DNA of 64,000 nt from Clostridiaceae bacterium. Its GTDB lineage: Bacteria; Bacillota; Clostridia; Acetivibrionales; DUMC01. A program made the translations under genes and the position numbers. The notes below the pieces were generated by a model. That model was not told the DNA's origin. It searched no databases and saw only the letters and a list, made by a program, of their open reading frames with translations. Positions 49,307 to 59,327 of the stretch are shown one piece after another. How positions within the stretch are numbered: position 1 is the stretch's first letter; each line of letters opens with the position of its first letter. The stretch lies in the NCBI GenBank assembly GCA_012840075.1, contig DUMC01000032.1, forward strand, positions 126,365 to 190,364, read 5' to 3'.

Positions 49307-49354
49307 CAAGCTTGAATAATTACTCATAGGACATATGTGAATTATTCGAGCTTG
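49307..49354. terminator. bidirectional hairpin between convergent operons
   Basis: 15-bp stem CAAGCTTGAATAATT/AATTATTCGAGCTTG (one G-U) with an 18-nt loop. Confidence 0.65.
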
Positions 49355-49440
49355 GCCTTGCTTAACATTTAAACATTCTTTGACCACACTTACATTGCTC
49401 AATACTAACCCATATTATTTTATTTTCTGTTTAACATTAT

Positions 49441-52188
49441 TTAAAATTTTCCCAGCAAATATCTGTAAGCAAAGTATTTAGCAAAACCCAAGGTATCTTT
49501 AGCTTCTGCAAGGATTTTAGGATAATATTCCAATACCTTGTTTTTTTGCTCGCTGTTTATTTGTTCCTTGCTGTATCGTGCAACCTGATATATTTCAGCT
49601 ACTGATATTAAACCTGAATGCTTACTTAGAATTCCCGGATTGCCTACTCTTACTTTAAAGTTTTCAAAGGATTCATTCTCAAATTTATATTTTTCATAAG
49701 CAAATTTTTCTTCGACTCTCTTTACATATTCCATGGGTGTTTCATTATTTTGAATTTTAAAACCTATGGAATTTAAAATTTTAAAATAAAACTTTGTCAT
49801 ATTTATTACACTTTCTTTAGGTTCAGTTTTAATAATTGTATTTATGAATACCTTGCTTTTGATAACATTAAAAATGATAATGGAAATAATCAATGCAAGG
49901 ATTAAAATTGCAAAAATCATTGCTAAAGTTTTGTAGTTATATGACGGCAATTCAAATTCATCTTGGGGCATTCTGCCGGATATGATGATATTTTCCATTC
50001 CCATGGATTCGTATTCTTCAAGCATCATTAAATATTCGAGATAATAAGGGTCTTCCATAAAGTCAGGACTCAATGAACCTCCATAATTATCGCTCATATA
50101 AAAGCTTGAAGTGAAAGGTGCAGTGGGTTCAAAAGGTATCCATCCAAAACCTTCAAAGTATACTTCCACCCAGGCATGGGCATTTTCATTTGTGACCCTG
50201 TAAGTTCCCATTGAATTTTCCGAATCTGTTGAATTATTGCGTTTATTTATATAAACTGCTTCAGGGGGTAACATATAACCTTCAACATATCTTGCAGGTA
50301 TGCCAATACTTCTTAGCATTACGACCATGGCAGTAGCATAGTATACGCAATAACCTTCTTTTAGATCAAATAGGAAATAATCGGCAAAATCCTTCCCATT
50401 AGGGGTCGGTTTAGGTTTTAAAGTATATGGATAACTCCTAGCAAGATAATTTTCAATAGCTTTAACTTTGTCATAGTTATTGTCAAAATTTTTAGTTATT
50501 GACAGGGCTATCTCTTCTATACGTTTCGGTAAAGTTTCAGGCAGTTGAAGATACTTGTCGTAAATATCCGCAGAAATATCTGCGAGCTTTCTAATATCAT
50601 CCATATCTATGTTTATATTCTTATTGTCGAATTCCAATCCATTTTTAAAAAGCGCTTCTAAATTTTTATTTATATCCTCGTTTAGCTCATTAATACTTAC
50701 ATCTTTATATATTAGTTCGAATTTCCCGTTGATTATGCTTTCATAAAGGCCGCGATAACTTTTCCTTATAGCTTTCTTGAAAATTTCATCGTTATATTTG
50801 ATATTATATACTTCCAGCTCATACTCAAAACCTTTGTTCAACCTAGATTCACTGGAAAATATACCTTCAGCATCAAATAAAATATTATCGTTAAATTTCC
50901 CTAGTGGTTTTAGCTTTAGTGTTTTTGTAGGAGTAAATATTGTTTTTGTTCTCAAGTTTAGATACCTTATTTTTAATTTAAATTTTTTGATTAAATCATT
51001 TATTAGATTATTATCTATTATATTATTATCCACATTATCCTTATCATTATTGTTCGCATTACTATTTATGCTGTCAGAACTACTGTGAGAATTTTCATTT
51101 TTTAAATCATTATTGGTTTTAAATAACGTCATACCAATAAGTGGTTCAATAATGTCATACTGAGTTTCATTTTCGATATTATTTTCATTATCATACTTTG
51201 TAAAAAAGTTTTGGCTGTTGGTCCAGGAAATCCCAGTATAAACGTCTCTTATAGCTCCTCTGAGATATGTCCTGTTCGGCGTCTCCACCTCCATTACAGG
51301 AGTATCATCAAGATTTACTTTTCCGCCCAGTTTTCCGTCATTCCTGCCAAATCCGGTTGAAGAAAAGGAAAAATATTCATATGAAGCAAAACGAAACTTT
51401 TCATTATAGAAGTCGAACCAAGCATTAATTTTATCATCTAACCATTTCCATTCAATAGGTTTGCTGCTCTTAGGCAGGTAAAAAGAAGTTAAGAATATGA
51501 TCAGGATTATGGGTAAAGAAAAGATCATAAAAACGCTTTTTCTTGTATAATTATTTTCTTCCAGTGCTGATTTTTTAATATAAATATGCTTAAAATAATA
51601 CATAAGTGCTAATGCGATAAATAAGTAAAAAGATAAATAACTTATTAAATAATTCATCATGATTTGTACTACAAAGATGAGAATGCCACCGGAAAGGATT
51701 AAGTAGAAATTAAAATATTTAGCGGTAAAAATATAAACCAGAAAAGCTACAATAAAACAAATAATTAAGGTTACCAAGAAGGCATATTCATTATTAAGTT
51801 GTTCATAACCGTTTATATAATCTGTGAACCACAAAAATGCATCATTAAACTTTTCAGTAAATCCTGTTACGTTTTGAATGTTTTCTGTTAAGTTTCCTTT
51901 AATAACCATATAAATAATGTAAATTAATGCTGATGCAATTGATAAACAAGTAAATACAAGTGTGGTTTTCTTATTAAATAAAACAATATTGAACAAAACC
52001 ATGAACATTAAAACAATGTTTAGAACAGTAACAGGAGAGTAGTTAAAACTTAGGGTAGTAATTAAAGCGTTTGCCAAACTAAAAGATGTTATTAAAGCAA
52101 GAATGGAATCTGACAATCTTTCAAGCAAATATTGTTTGTCAGAGGATGAAATTGAAATACTTTTTTTAGCTACTGCCAATTTACTCAA
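49441..52188 (-). CDS. transglutaminase-like membrane protein (TgpA/YebA-type)
   Basis: N-terminal multi-TM block and a transglutaminase core (GYCVYYATAMVVMLRSIGIPARYVEGY ... AHAWVEVYFEGFGWIPFEPT). A late TM and a C-terminal domain follow. The start is uncertain by a few codons. Confidence 0.88.
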   Translation of the reverse strand: MSKLAVAKKSISISSSDKQYLLERLSDSILALITSFSLANALITTLSFNYSPVTVLNIVLMFMVLFNIVLFNKKTTLVFTCLSIASALIYIIYMVIKGNLTENIQNVTGFTEKFNDAFLWFTDYINGYEQLNNEYAFLVTLIICFIVAFLVYIFTAKYFNFYLILSGGILIFVVQIMMNYLISYLSFYLFIALALMYYFKHIYIKKSALEENNYTRKSVFMIFSLPIILIIFLTSFYLPKSSKPIEWKWLDDKINAWFDFYNEKFRFASYEYFSFSSTGFGRNDGKLGGKVNLDDTPVMEVETPNRTYLRGAIRDVYTGISWTNSQNFFTKYDNENNIENETQYDIIEPLIGMTLFKTNNDLKNENSHSSSDSINSNANNNDKDNVDNNIIDNNLINDLIKKFKLKIRYLNLRTKTIFTPTKTLKLKPLGKFNDNILFDAEGIFSSESRLNKGFEYELEVYNIKYNDEIFKKAIRKSYRGLYESIINGKFELIYKDVSINELNEDINKNLEALFKNGLEFDNKNINIDMDDIRKLADISADIYDKYLQLPETLPKRIEEIALSITKNFDNNYDKVKAIENYLARSYPYTLKPKPTPNGKDFADYFLFDLKEGYCVYYATAMVVMLRSIGIPARYVEGYMLPPEAVYINKRNNSTDSENSMGTYRVTNENAHAWVEVYFEGFGWIPFEPTAPFTSSFYMSDNYGGSLSPDFMEDPYYLEYLMMLEEYESMGMENIIISGRMPQDEFELPSYNYKTLAMIFAILILALIISIIIFNVIKSKVFINTIIKTEPKESVINMTKFYFKILNSIGFKIQNNETPMEYVKRVEEKFAYEKYKFENESFENFKVRVGNPGILSKHSGLISVAEIYQVARYSKEQINSEQKNKVLEYYPKILAEAKDTLGFAKYFAYRYLLGKF

Positions 52189-53383
52189 CCTCCAAGACAG
52201 TCTTTATATCATCGCTAATATCCATTTTATATACTTTTACCCCGATTCTGGGTATATCTGAAATAATAGCTTCTGCAACGTTATTTTTGATACCGGTTAA
52301 CTCCTCAGGAGAAATATAAATTACTATTACATTGAATCCTGAAAAGCTGGCATAGTAAATTACATTATATAAACTATAGTCAATATCAGCCGTACACAGT
52401 ACCAAATTAGATTTTGAGGTAGTGCTTTTCACGTAAACATCTGCTATATCTGATATTTTTAGTGTATGTGCAAATCTTATTTGTGCCAAGTTATTATAGA
52501 CATCTGAAAAATCAGTTGGATTGCCGGCTTTAATCTCTAAAGCTTCTTTTGAATAGCAAATTATGTTAACAGGTATCCACTTATTTAAGCAATAATTAAC
52601 TACAGCAATAGTGCTTTCCAGGATTTTATCTTCAATTACGGTATTTTGTTCAATGGTATAATCATTTTTCCTAAAATCAGGTATGATTAAGACACTGCTT
52701 TCAGTTGTATTTTCAAATTGTTTAATCATGATTTCATTCAGTTTTGCAGAAAGTTTCCAGTGAACCTTTTTTAAAGTATCACCGTAAACATATTTACGGA
52801 CATCCTTCAAAACTCCCATATCTTCATTTCTACTAATGGATGATGAATAAGATTCCGAAGTAAAATCTGTCTTTAATTTAAAACGTTCCAAAGTGATAAT
52901 TCTAGGATAAACCGTAATGCTAAGCGGAAAAGGTATTTTGTAAGTTAATTTGAACAAGCCGAGAAAATCTTCTATTTCTATTCTTTCAACGCCTATTTCA
53001 TAATTACCGCTGTACCTGCAATATAATTCAAATGTAAAAGTCTTTTCTTTTTGAGGAAGAAGTGAAAGGTTTATCTTTTTAAACTGTTCATTGAATATTG
53101 TCTTTGAACCAAAAAAAGTTACTCGCAAATACGGATAGAAAAAATAATCCTCATTAGTAATGGTAAAGATATATTTGACACGATCACCTTTCATGATAAA
53201 CTTCTTATCTATTTCTTGGAAATATTTAAATCTAAAAAAGATCACCAGGGCGTAAATAAAAGAAACAACAGGAAGTATCAACACAACATAAAGTATCATG
53301 TATGGTACTGCTCCACCATAAAAATACACAAAAACCAAAGACAATACTAATAATATCAAATAAAGTATTCTACTGCTCCTCAT
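52181..53383 (-). CDS. DUF58 domain-containing protein
   Basis: Two N-terminal TMs and the DUF58 signature VRKYVYGDTLKKVHWKLSAKLNEIMIKQFE. Start set at the ATG 8 nt after GGAG; the longer ORF extends to 53407. Confidence 0.85.
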   Translation of the reverse strand: MRSSRILYLILLVLSLVFVYFYGGAVPYMILYVVLILPVVSFIYALVIFFRFKYFQEIDKKFIMKGDRVKYIFTITNEDYFFYPYLRVTFFGSKTIFNEQFKKINLSLLPQKEKTFTFELYCRYSGNYEIGVERIEIEDFLGLFKLTYKIPFPLSITVYPRIITLERFKLKTDFTSESYSSSISRNEDMGVLKDVRKYVYGDTLKKVHWKLSAKLNEIMIKQFENTTESSVLIIPDFRKNDYTIEQNTVIEDKILESTIAVVNYCLNKWIPVNIICYSKEALEIKAGNPTDFSDVYNNLAQIRFAHTLKISDIADVYVKSTTSKSNLVLCTADIDYSLYNVIYYASFSGFNVIVIYISPEELTGIKNNVAEAIISDIPRIGVKVYKMDISDDIKTVLEVE

Positions 53384-53407
53384 ACACCCAACTCCATTCA
53401 ATAGCAT

Positions 53408-53594
53408 GGGACATTTCTCAATACATAAGGAATGTTCCTCTTACACAAAAAAATATGCCCCAATTACCAGAGAGGATATTTCTCTTCCAAAAAGGGATCC
53501 CGGTCACTTGAGGGAGGTATGTCTCTCTCAATCAAAAGGGGACATTCCTCAACATTAAAGGAATACCCCTCTGCACGGCAGAGGTGTGCCCCTT
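53408..53594 (+). repeat. dispersed modular intergenic repeat, copy B (inside moxR-DUF58 gap)
   Basis: About 8 degenerate 21-26-nt units, such as AGGAATGTTCCTCT, AGAGGATATTTCTCT, GAGGTATGTCTCTC, GGGGACATTCCTC and AGAGGTGTGCCCCTT. It shares ordered blocks with 22206-22343. Confidence 0.75.
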
Positions 53595-53598
53595 TACC

Positions 53599-54534
53599 TC
53601 AGACCGGCACCTTCACATTCCTCAAAATATCCTTCAAAATATCCTCCGCTGTTATTCTCTTAAGCTTTGCTTCTTGCTTTAAAAAGATTCTATGTGATAA
53701 AACGGGTATAACCATTTTTTTTATGTCATCCGGTAAAACATAATCCCTTCCGTTATAAAAAGCCCATGCTTGTGCCGTCCTGTAAAGACTTAAAGATCCT
53801 CTTGGACTTGCTCCCAATATTACATCAGGGTGTGTTCTCGTAGCGCTGACTATATTAACTATATATTGATTCAAGGTTTCATCTACATGTATTTCCCGGA
53901 TGGTTTTCTGTAATTCGAGTATGTAGTTCCCGTCAGCCACAGGTTCTAAGGTGTGTAACGGATTATGAGTTTTAAATCTCGTAAGTATGTGGCTTTCATC
54001 TGCGGGAGACGGATATCCAAGGGTAATCTTTAAAGTAAAACGATCCAATTGGGCTTCGGGAAGGGGGTAAGTGCCAAGATACTCAACAGGATTTTGTGTT
54101 GCCAGGACCATAAAAGGTTTTGGAACCTTATAAGTAATGTTATCAACAGTAACCTGGCGCTCTTCCATTACTTCGAGAAGGCTGGCTTGAGTTTTTGGAG
54201 AAGTCCTATTGATTTCATCCGCAAGAACAATATTAGCCATTACTGCTCCGGGTTTAAATTCAAAATTCCCTGTTTTGGGATTGTATACGGAAAAACCGGT
54301 AATATCCGAAGGCAAGATATCGGGAGTAAATTGAATCCTCTTAAAAGAACAGTCAATGGATTTTGCCACTGATGAAACCAAGCTGGTTTTTCCTACCCCC
54401 GGAACATCTTCTATCAGTACATGACCTCCGCAAGCCAATGCAACCAATGTTAATTCAATAGCTTCTTTCTTTCCCAAAATTACCTTTTCTACATTTTCAA
54501 TGATTTTTTTGAAAGTATTTAAAGCATCATCCAT
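53599..54534 (-). CDS. MoxR family AAA+ ATPase
   Basis: Walker A GVPGVGKT and Walker B LADEINR. 311 aa from the internal ATG (MDDALNTFKK...). The ORF extends to 54606. Confidence 0.92.
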   Translation of the reverse strand: MDDALNTFKKIIENVEKVILGKKEAIELTLVALACGGHVLIEDVPGVGKTSLVSSVAKSIDCSFKRIQFTPDILPSDITGFSVYNPKTGNFEFKPGAVMANIVLADEINRTSPKTQASLLEVMEERQVTVDNITYKVPKPFMVLATQNPVEYLGTYPLPEAQLDRFTLKITLGYPSPADESHILTRFKTHNPLHTLEPVADGNYILELQKTIREIHVDETLNQYIVNIVSATRTHPDVILGASPRGSLSLYRTAQAWAFYNGRDYVLPDDIKKMVIPVLSHRIFLKQEAKLKRITAEDILKDILRNVKVPV

Positions 54535-55087
54535 ATGAATTAACCAACTTTCCTTTATATTTTGTGTTTTATCGTTTTTTTTGCTTGCTTGATATACAAA
54601 GCACATTTACCCGCTTTATATATAGACATTTAACAGAAAATAATAACCAAAAAATGTAAAAATATAAGATGACTTTCGATAATCCGGGTCAACCTAGGTG
54701 TATGTAGTAAAAAACTTAATTTTGTAATAAAAATATGTTGTATGTTATTCCAAGAAAGCCGAAGTATTAAGTATAAGTAAATAATTTTAATTACGTTTAA
54801 AAAAATATTTATGATTTTAAGTAAATAAAAATAATATAAATTATGATTCCTAGTAATACATAAATATTATTACATATAATTTTAATTTAGAAAATATTTT
54901 ATGTAAAGAGCATTCAAATAAGTTATATCTTCTTAATTTAAATTATGCGACAATGAGAGTATTTTAGTAAAATACAAAATTGTAAACAAATTTGATAGCA
55001 AGATACGTGCAAACAAATAAAAATAATTTGGACACAAAACTTATGTATAAATTAAATTTAATGTTCTTGATTGTCGCATGACAACAT

Positions 55088-55096
55088 TGATATAAT
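55088..55096 (+). promoter_or_regulatory. extended -10 element (TGATATAAT) upstream of cinA
   Basis: Perfect TGnTATAAT 26 nt upstream of the cinA ATG. Confidence 0.5.
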
Positions 55097-55121
55097 TACA
55101 CTTATAAAGGAGATGGGATTT

Positions 55122-56357
55122 ATGAATGCAGAGATTTTAGCAGTTGGCACGGAATTATTGCTAGGACAAATTGCCAACACAAACGCTCAATATATCTCAC
55201 AAAGATTGCCGGAAGTGGGAGTTAATGTTTATTATCATGGTGTGGTAGGAGATAATCCTAATAGGATAAAAAATGCGCTTAATATTGCATTAAGCAGGTC
55301 AGATGTGGTAATCATGACAGGCGGACTGGGTCCTACAAAGGACGATATCACAAAGGAAACAGTTGCAGAAGTTTTGAATAAAAAACTTGTACTTGATGAA
55401 AATAGTTTAAATGTCATGAAAGCCTTTTTCGCAAAGCATAATAGAAAAATGACTGAAAATAACTTAAAGCAAGCATATTTGCCCGAAGGTAGTATAATAA
55501 TCAGAAACAAAAACGGTACGGCACCGGGCTGTATTATTGAACATGGTGAGAAAATAATAATAATGTTACCCGGACCGCCTTCTGAAATGCGGCCCATGTT
55601 TGACGAAACGGTTGTACCGTATTTTAGAAATAAATGTAACTCCAGGTTAGTTTCCAGATATGTAAAAATATTTGGAGTAGGAGAGTCTGCCGTTGAAGAT
55701 AAAATAATGGATCTTATAGATAATCAGACTAATCCTACAATTGCTCCTTATGCAAAACCGGGAGAAGTGATGCTCAGAATAACTGCAAATTGCAACACTT
55801 TAGAAGAAGCCGATGAGTTAATAAACCCGATTGTAAATGAGATAAAAAACAGATTAGGAGATGCTGTTTATTCCACTGAAAATAAAGAAATGGAAGAGGT
55901 AGTGGCAGATTTACTCCTGTCAAAGAATGTAACTATTTCGGTTGCAGAATCTTGCACAGGCGGTCTTATTTCAAAAACACTTACGGATATACCGGGAATA
56001 TCGAAAGTTTTCATAAGTGGTGTTGTTTCATATAGCAACGATGCTAAAATTAATATTTTAGGAGTAAAACCTGAAACTATTGAAAAGTATGGAGCAGTTA
56101 GTAAGTATACTGCAATTGAGATGGCAGAAAATGTAAGAAAAATTTCAAATACTGATATAGGTATATCTGCAACCGGTATTGCCGGACCTTCAGGGGGTAC
56201 TGAGGAAAAACCCGTGGGGCTTGTTTATATTGCCATGGCAACAAAAGACGGAGTTGAATATAAGGAACTTAGGCTTTGGGGTGAAAGAACCAGGATAAGA
56301 AACGTAACATGCTTACATGTTCTGGATATGGTAAGAAGATATTTGCTTAAACTATAG
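55122..56357 (+). CDS. cinA: competence/damage-inducible protein CinA (MoCF-like + PncC nicotinamide-nucleotide amidase domains)
   Basis: [35 protein letters not shown]-terminal ESCTGGL. ATG after AAGGAG. Confidence 0.92.
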   Translation: MNAEILAVGTELLLGQIANTNAQYISQRLPEVGVNVYYHGVVGDNPNRIKNALNIALSRSDVVIMTGGLGPTKDDITKETVAEVLNKKLVLDENSLNVMKAFFAKHNRKMTENNLKQAYLPEGSIIIRNKNGTAPGCIIEHGEKIIIMLPGPPSEMRPMFDETVVPYFRNKCNSRLVSRYVKIFGVGESAVEDKIMDLIDNQTNPTIAPYAKPGEVMLRITANCNTLEEADELINPIVNEIKNRLGDAVYSTENKEMEEVVADLLLSKNVTISVAESCTGGLISKTLTDIPGISKVFISGVVSYSNDAKINILGVKPETIEKYGAVSKYTAIEMAENVRKISNTDIGISATGIAGPSGGTEEKPVGLVYIAMATKDGVEYKELRLWGERTRIRNVTCLHVLDMVRRYLLKL

Positions 56358-56411
56358 TATTAACTATAGTATTAACTTCAATGCTAATTTCAATATTAAC
56401 TTCTAATATTT
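56352..56411. repeat. 5 tandem 12-nt units overlapping the cinA stop codon
   Basis: CTATAGTATTAA occurs twice, perfectly, then CTTCAATGCTAA, TTTCAATATTAA and CTTCTAATATTT. Confidence 0.8.
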
Positions 56412-56485
56412 ACATGTATGAAAATTTTAAAATTGATACAGATAAAAGTTACAGATAAAATTAGAAACGGAGGATTTACAAATTA

Positions 56486-58093
56486 TTGGATACGAAAGAG
56501 AAAAGAAAAATAACCAGCGCTGCTGTCATAGTTATGACATCAATGATTCTAAGCAGGATAACCGGTTTCTTAAGGTCAACGCTCATAACAAATCTGATGC
56601 TGAAGTCTGATTCAGATGCACTATTCGCTGCATTTAAAACTACCGATATTATGTACAATTTGCTGGTAGGAGGTTCAATAGCTGCAGCGCTTATACCGGT
56701 ATTATCCGGGTACATAGCACGCAACGAAGAAGAAGAAGGATGGCGAGTAGTAGGATCTTTTATTAATTCCATATTTCTAATTATGTTGTTAATTAGCAGC
56801 CTGGGGATAATATTTGCTCCTCAGGTTGTAAATTTAACTGCACCCGGATACGATGAGGATGTATATGAAGTAACTATTACACTTACAAAAATCCTTTTTC
56901 CGTCAGTTTCATTTATAATGTTGGCAGGACTTACAAATGGAGTTCTGAATTCTTACCAGCGCTTTGCTGCAGCAGCTTATGGTCCTACTATATACAATCT
57001 TGGGACCGTATTTAGTATCTTTGCTCTATATAGGTATGGTGTAGATAAAGTAGCTTTGGGTATAATGGTAAGCGCCTTAATATATTTTCTGTTTCAACTT
57101 ACCTTTGCTTACAGGCATATAGCCGGAAACTACAGTTTTAAAATATATTATAAGCACTCGGGTTATAAAAGAATTATCAAGCTAGCCATACCGTCGCTGT
57201 TGGCTTCTTCAATAACACAATTAAATACTGTAATTTCTCAATCTTATACATCAAATTTCAAGCAAGGAAGTGTTACGGCTTTAAATAATGCAAATGATAT
57301 ATGGCAGCTTCCGCACGGTATATTCGCCATGGGCATGGGAATGGCATTATTACCGACATTTTCTGAAAAGCATGCTCTAGGTGAGAGGGAAACTTTTAAA
57401 ACAATATTGAATAAAAGCATAAAAACGGTACTTTTCTTGACGATACCTTCCGGAGTAGGTTTCATTGTTTTAAGAGAACCGATTATAAGTGCCATATATA
57501 AGTGGTCTGCTAATTTGGGAACTGAAAGAATAGCAGAAACAGGGAAAATTTTGATGTTTTACACATTAGCCTTATTTTCCCAATCTATATTGGCCATAGT
57601 AAACAGGGCTTTTTATGCTTGTAACGATACTAAAACTCCTTTATATTCAGGAATTTTATCTATAGGGACAAATGTTTTATTTTGCTACATATTTTATCGT
57701 TTCACTAATCTGGAAGCATCAGGAATGGCTCTTGCATACTCCATTGCATGTACCGTAAACGCTTTAATTCTGCTATATATTTTAAACCGCAAATTAAAAG
57801 GAATACATCTAAAAGAATTAATAAATTTCATTGTTAAAATTATTGTTTCATCATTCTTGATGGGTGTTATTCTGTTTTTTGTTATTAAAAATGTGCCCAT
57901 CGATTTTTCCAGAACTTTTACTATTGAGAATAAAATTCAAGAACTATGGTATCTAATGCTGATAATAACCATAGGAGTCGTAGCTTATTTAATAATCACA
58001 ATCGTACTAAAAGTTGAGGAAGCTAGGTATTTTATTGCTTTAATAAAATCTAAATTTATTAAGAGTGAGATAAGAAGCGATTTGACTAAATGA
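56486..58093 (+). CDS. murJ: lipid II flippase MurJ (MviN family)
   Basis: 535 aa with about 14 TMs. N-terminus SAAVIVMTSMILSRITGFLRSTLI is typical of MurJ. Confidence 0.88.
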   Translation: MDTKEKRKITSAAVIVMTSMILSRITGFLRSTLITNLMLKSDSDALFAAFKTTDIMYNLLVGGSIAAALIPVLSGYIARNEEEEGWRVVGSFINSIFLIMLLISSLGIIFAPQVVNLTAPGYDEDVYEVTITLTKILFPSVSFIMLAGLTNGVLNSYQRFAAAAYGPTIYNLGTVFSIFALYRYGVDKVALGIMVSALIYFLFQLTFAYRHIAGNYSFKIYYKHSGYKRIIKLAIPSLLASSITQLNTVISQSYTSNFKQGSVTALNNANDIWQLPHGIFAMGMGMALLPTFSEKHALGERETFKTILNKSIKTVLFLTIPSGVGFIVLREPIISAIYKWSANLGTERIAETGKILMFYTLALFSQSILAIVNRAFYACNDTKTPLYSGILSIGTNVLFCYIFYRFTNLEASGMALAYSIACTVNALILLYILNRKLKGIHLKELINFIVKIIVSSFLMGVILFFVIKNVPIDFSRTFTIENKIQELWYLMLIITIGVVAYLIITIVLKVEEARYFIALIKSKFIKSEIRSDLTK

Positions 58094-58133
58094 TACAAAA
58101 AAAACAAAATTTGTAAAATTTTTAAAAATTTTA

Positions 58134-58162
58134 TTGACGTTAATGAAATATTGATGTATAAT
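58134..58162 (+). promoter_or_regulatory. sigma-A promoter for recA
   Basis: TTGACG, 17-nt spacer, TATAAT. Confidence 0.75.
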
Positions 58163-58168
58163 ATAATA

Positions 58169-58182
58169 GAAACATTAGTTCG
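58169..58182 (+). promoter_or_regulatory. LexA (Cheo/DinR-type) box
   Basis: GAAACATTAGTTCG vs the Gram-positive consensus CGAAC-N4-GTTCG. One half-site is perfect; the other reads AAAC. It lies 7 nt after the -10. Confidence 0.65.
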
Positions 58183-58204
58183 GTATGTGCAAGGAGGATT
58201 CAAG

Positions 58205-59254
58205 ATGATGGAGAAGAAAAAAGCCCTTGAAATGGCTTTAAACCAGATTGAAAAGCAATTTGGCAAAGGTGCCGTTATGAAGTTAGGAGAAAGTGCAGCT
58301 CTAAATGTGGAAGTTATACCTACAGGTTCTCTTGCTCTTGATATAGCACTTGGCGTAGGTGGTGTTCCCAGAGGAAGAATTGTAGAAATATACGGACCTG
58401 AATCATCCGGTAAAACTACCGTTGCTCTCCATATAATTGCTGAAGCTCAGAAAAACGGCGGAGAAGCTGCTTTTATTGATGCAGAACATGCTCTTGATCC
58501 GGTTTATGCTAAAAATCTCGGTGTGGATATTGAAAATCTAATAGTATCCCAACCGGATACAGGCGAACAAGCTCTTGAAATTGCAGAAGCTCTTGTAAGA
58601 AGCGGAGCTATTGATGTTATCGTTATAGACTCAGTTGCAGCATTAGTTCCTAAAGCTGAAATTGACGGGGAAATGGGCGATGCTCATGTAGGACTTCAGG
58701 CAAGATTGATGTCCCAAGCATTGAGAAAACTTGCAGGAGTAATAAGCAAATCAAGAACAACTGCAATCTTCATAAATCAGCTTAGGGAAAAAGTAGGGGT
58801 AATGTTTGGGAATCCTGAAACCACCCCCGGTGGAAGAGCTTTGAAGTTCTATGCTTCCGTAAGACTTGAAGTAAGAAAAGTAGAAACTTTGAAACAAGGT
58901 AATGAAATAATCGGAAGTAAAACCAGGGTAAAAGTTGTTAAGAACAAAGTTGCACCTCCCTTTAAAGAGGCGGAATTTGATATTATATATGGGGAAGGTA
59001 TTTCAAGAGAAGGAAATATCCTTGATGTAGCTGTAAATCTTGATATAGTAAACAAGAGCGGTTCATGGTATTCATATAATGACCAAAGAATTGGCCAGGG
59101 AAGGGAAAATGCAAAACAATTTTTGAAGGAAAATAAGGATATAGCTGATGAAATCGAAAGAAAAATAAGAGAAAATTACAGATTAGCTTTTGTCAAAAGC
59201 ATGGGAATCCACTCCGAAGATGATGAAGGTGAAGAGGAAGTACCCGATTTTTAA
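58205..59254 (+). CDS. recA: recombinase RecA
   Basis: [23 protein letters not shown], Walker [13 protein letters not shown] after AGGAGG. Confidence 0.97.
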   Translation: MMEKKKALEMALNQIEKQFGKGAVMKLGESAALNVEVIPTGSLALDIALGVGGVPRGRIVEIYGPESSGKTTVALHIIAEAQKNGGEAAFIDAEHALDPVYAKNLGVDIENLIVSQPDTGEQALEIAEALVRSGAIDVIVIDSVAALVPKAEIDGEMGDAHVGLQARLMSQALRKLAGVISKSRTTAIFINQLREKVGVMFGNPETTPGGRALKFYASVRLEVRKVETLKQGNEIIGSKTRVKVVKNKVAPPFKEAEFDIIYGEGISREGNILDVAVNLDIVNKSGSWYSYNDQRIGQGRENAKQFLKENKDIADEIERKIRENYRLAFVKSMGIHSEDDEGEEEVPDF

Positions 59255-59327
59255 TATAGCATGTAAGATATAAGGCTTAATACAAGTGGGACAGGTTTTA
59301 TCAGGTTTAATGCTGTAAGGTGGTAAA

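Noticed and set aside
53302-53743. Plus-strand ORFs 53302-53511 and 53432-53743 spanning the repeat-filled gap
   Set aside because: They are read through the degenerate repeat and the antisense of the moxR and DUF58 ends. They have no RBS and no recognisable fold signal, so they are most likely spurious.
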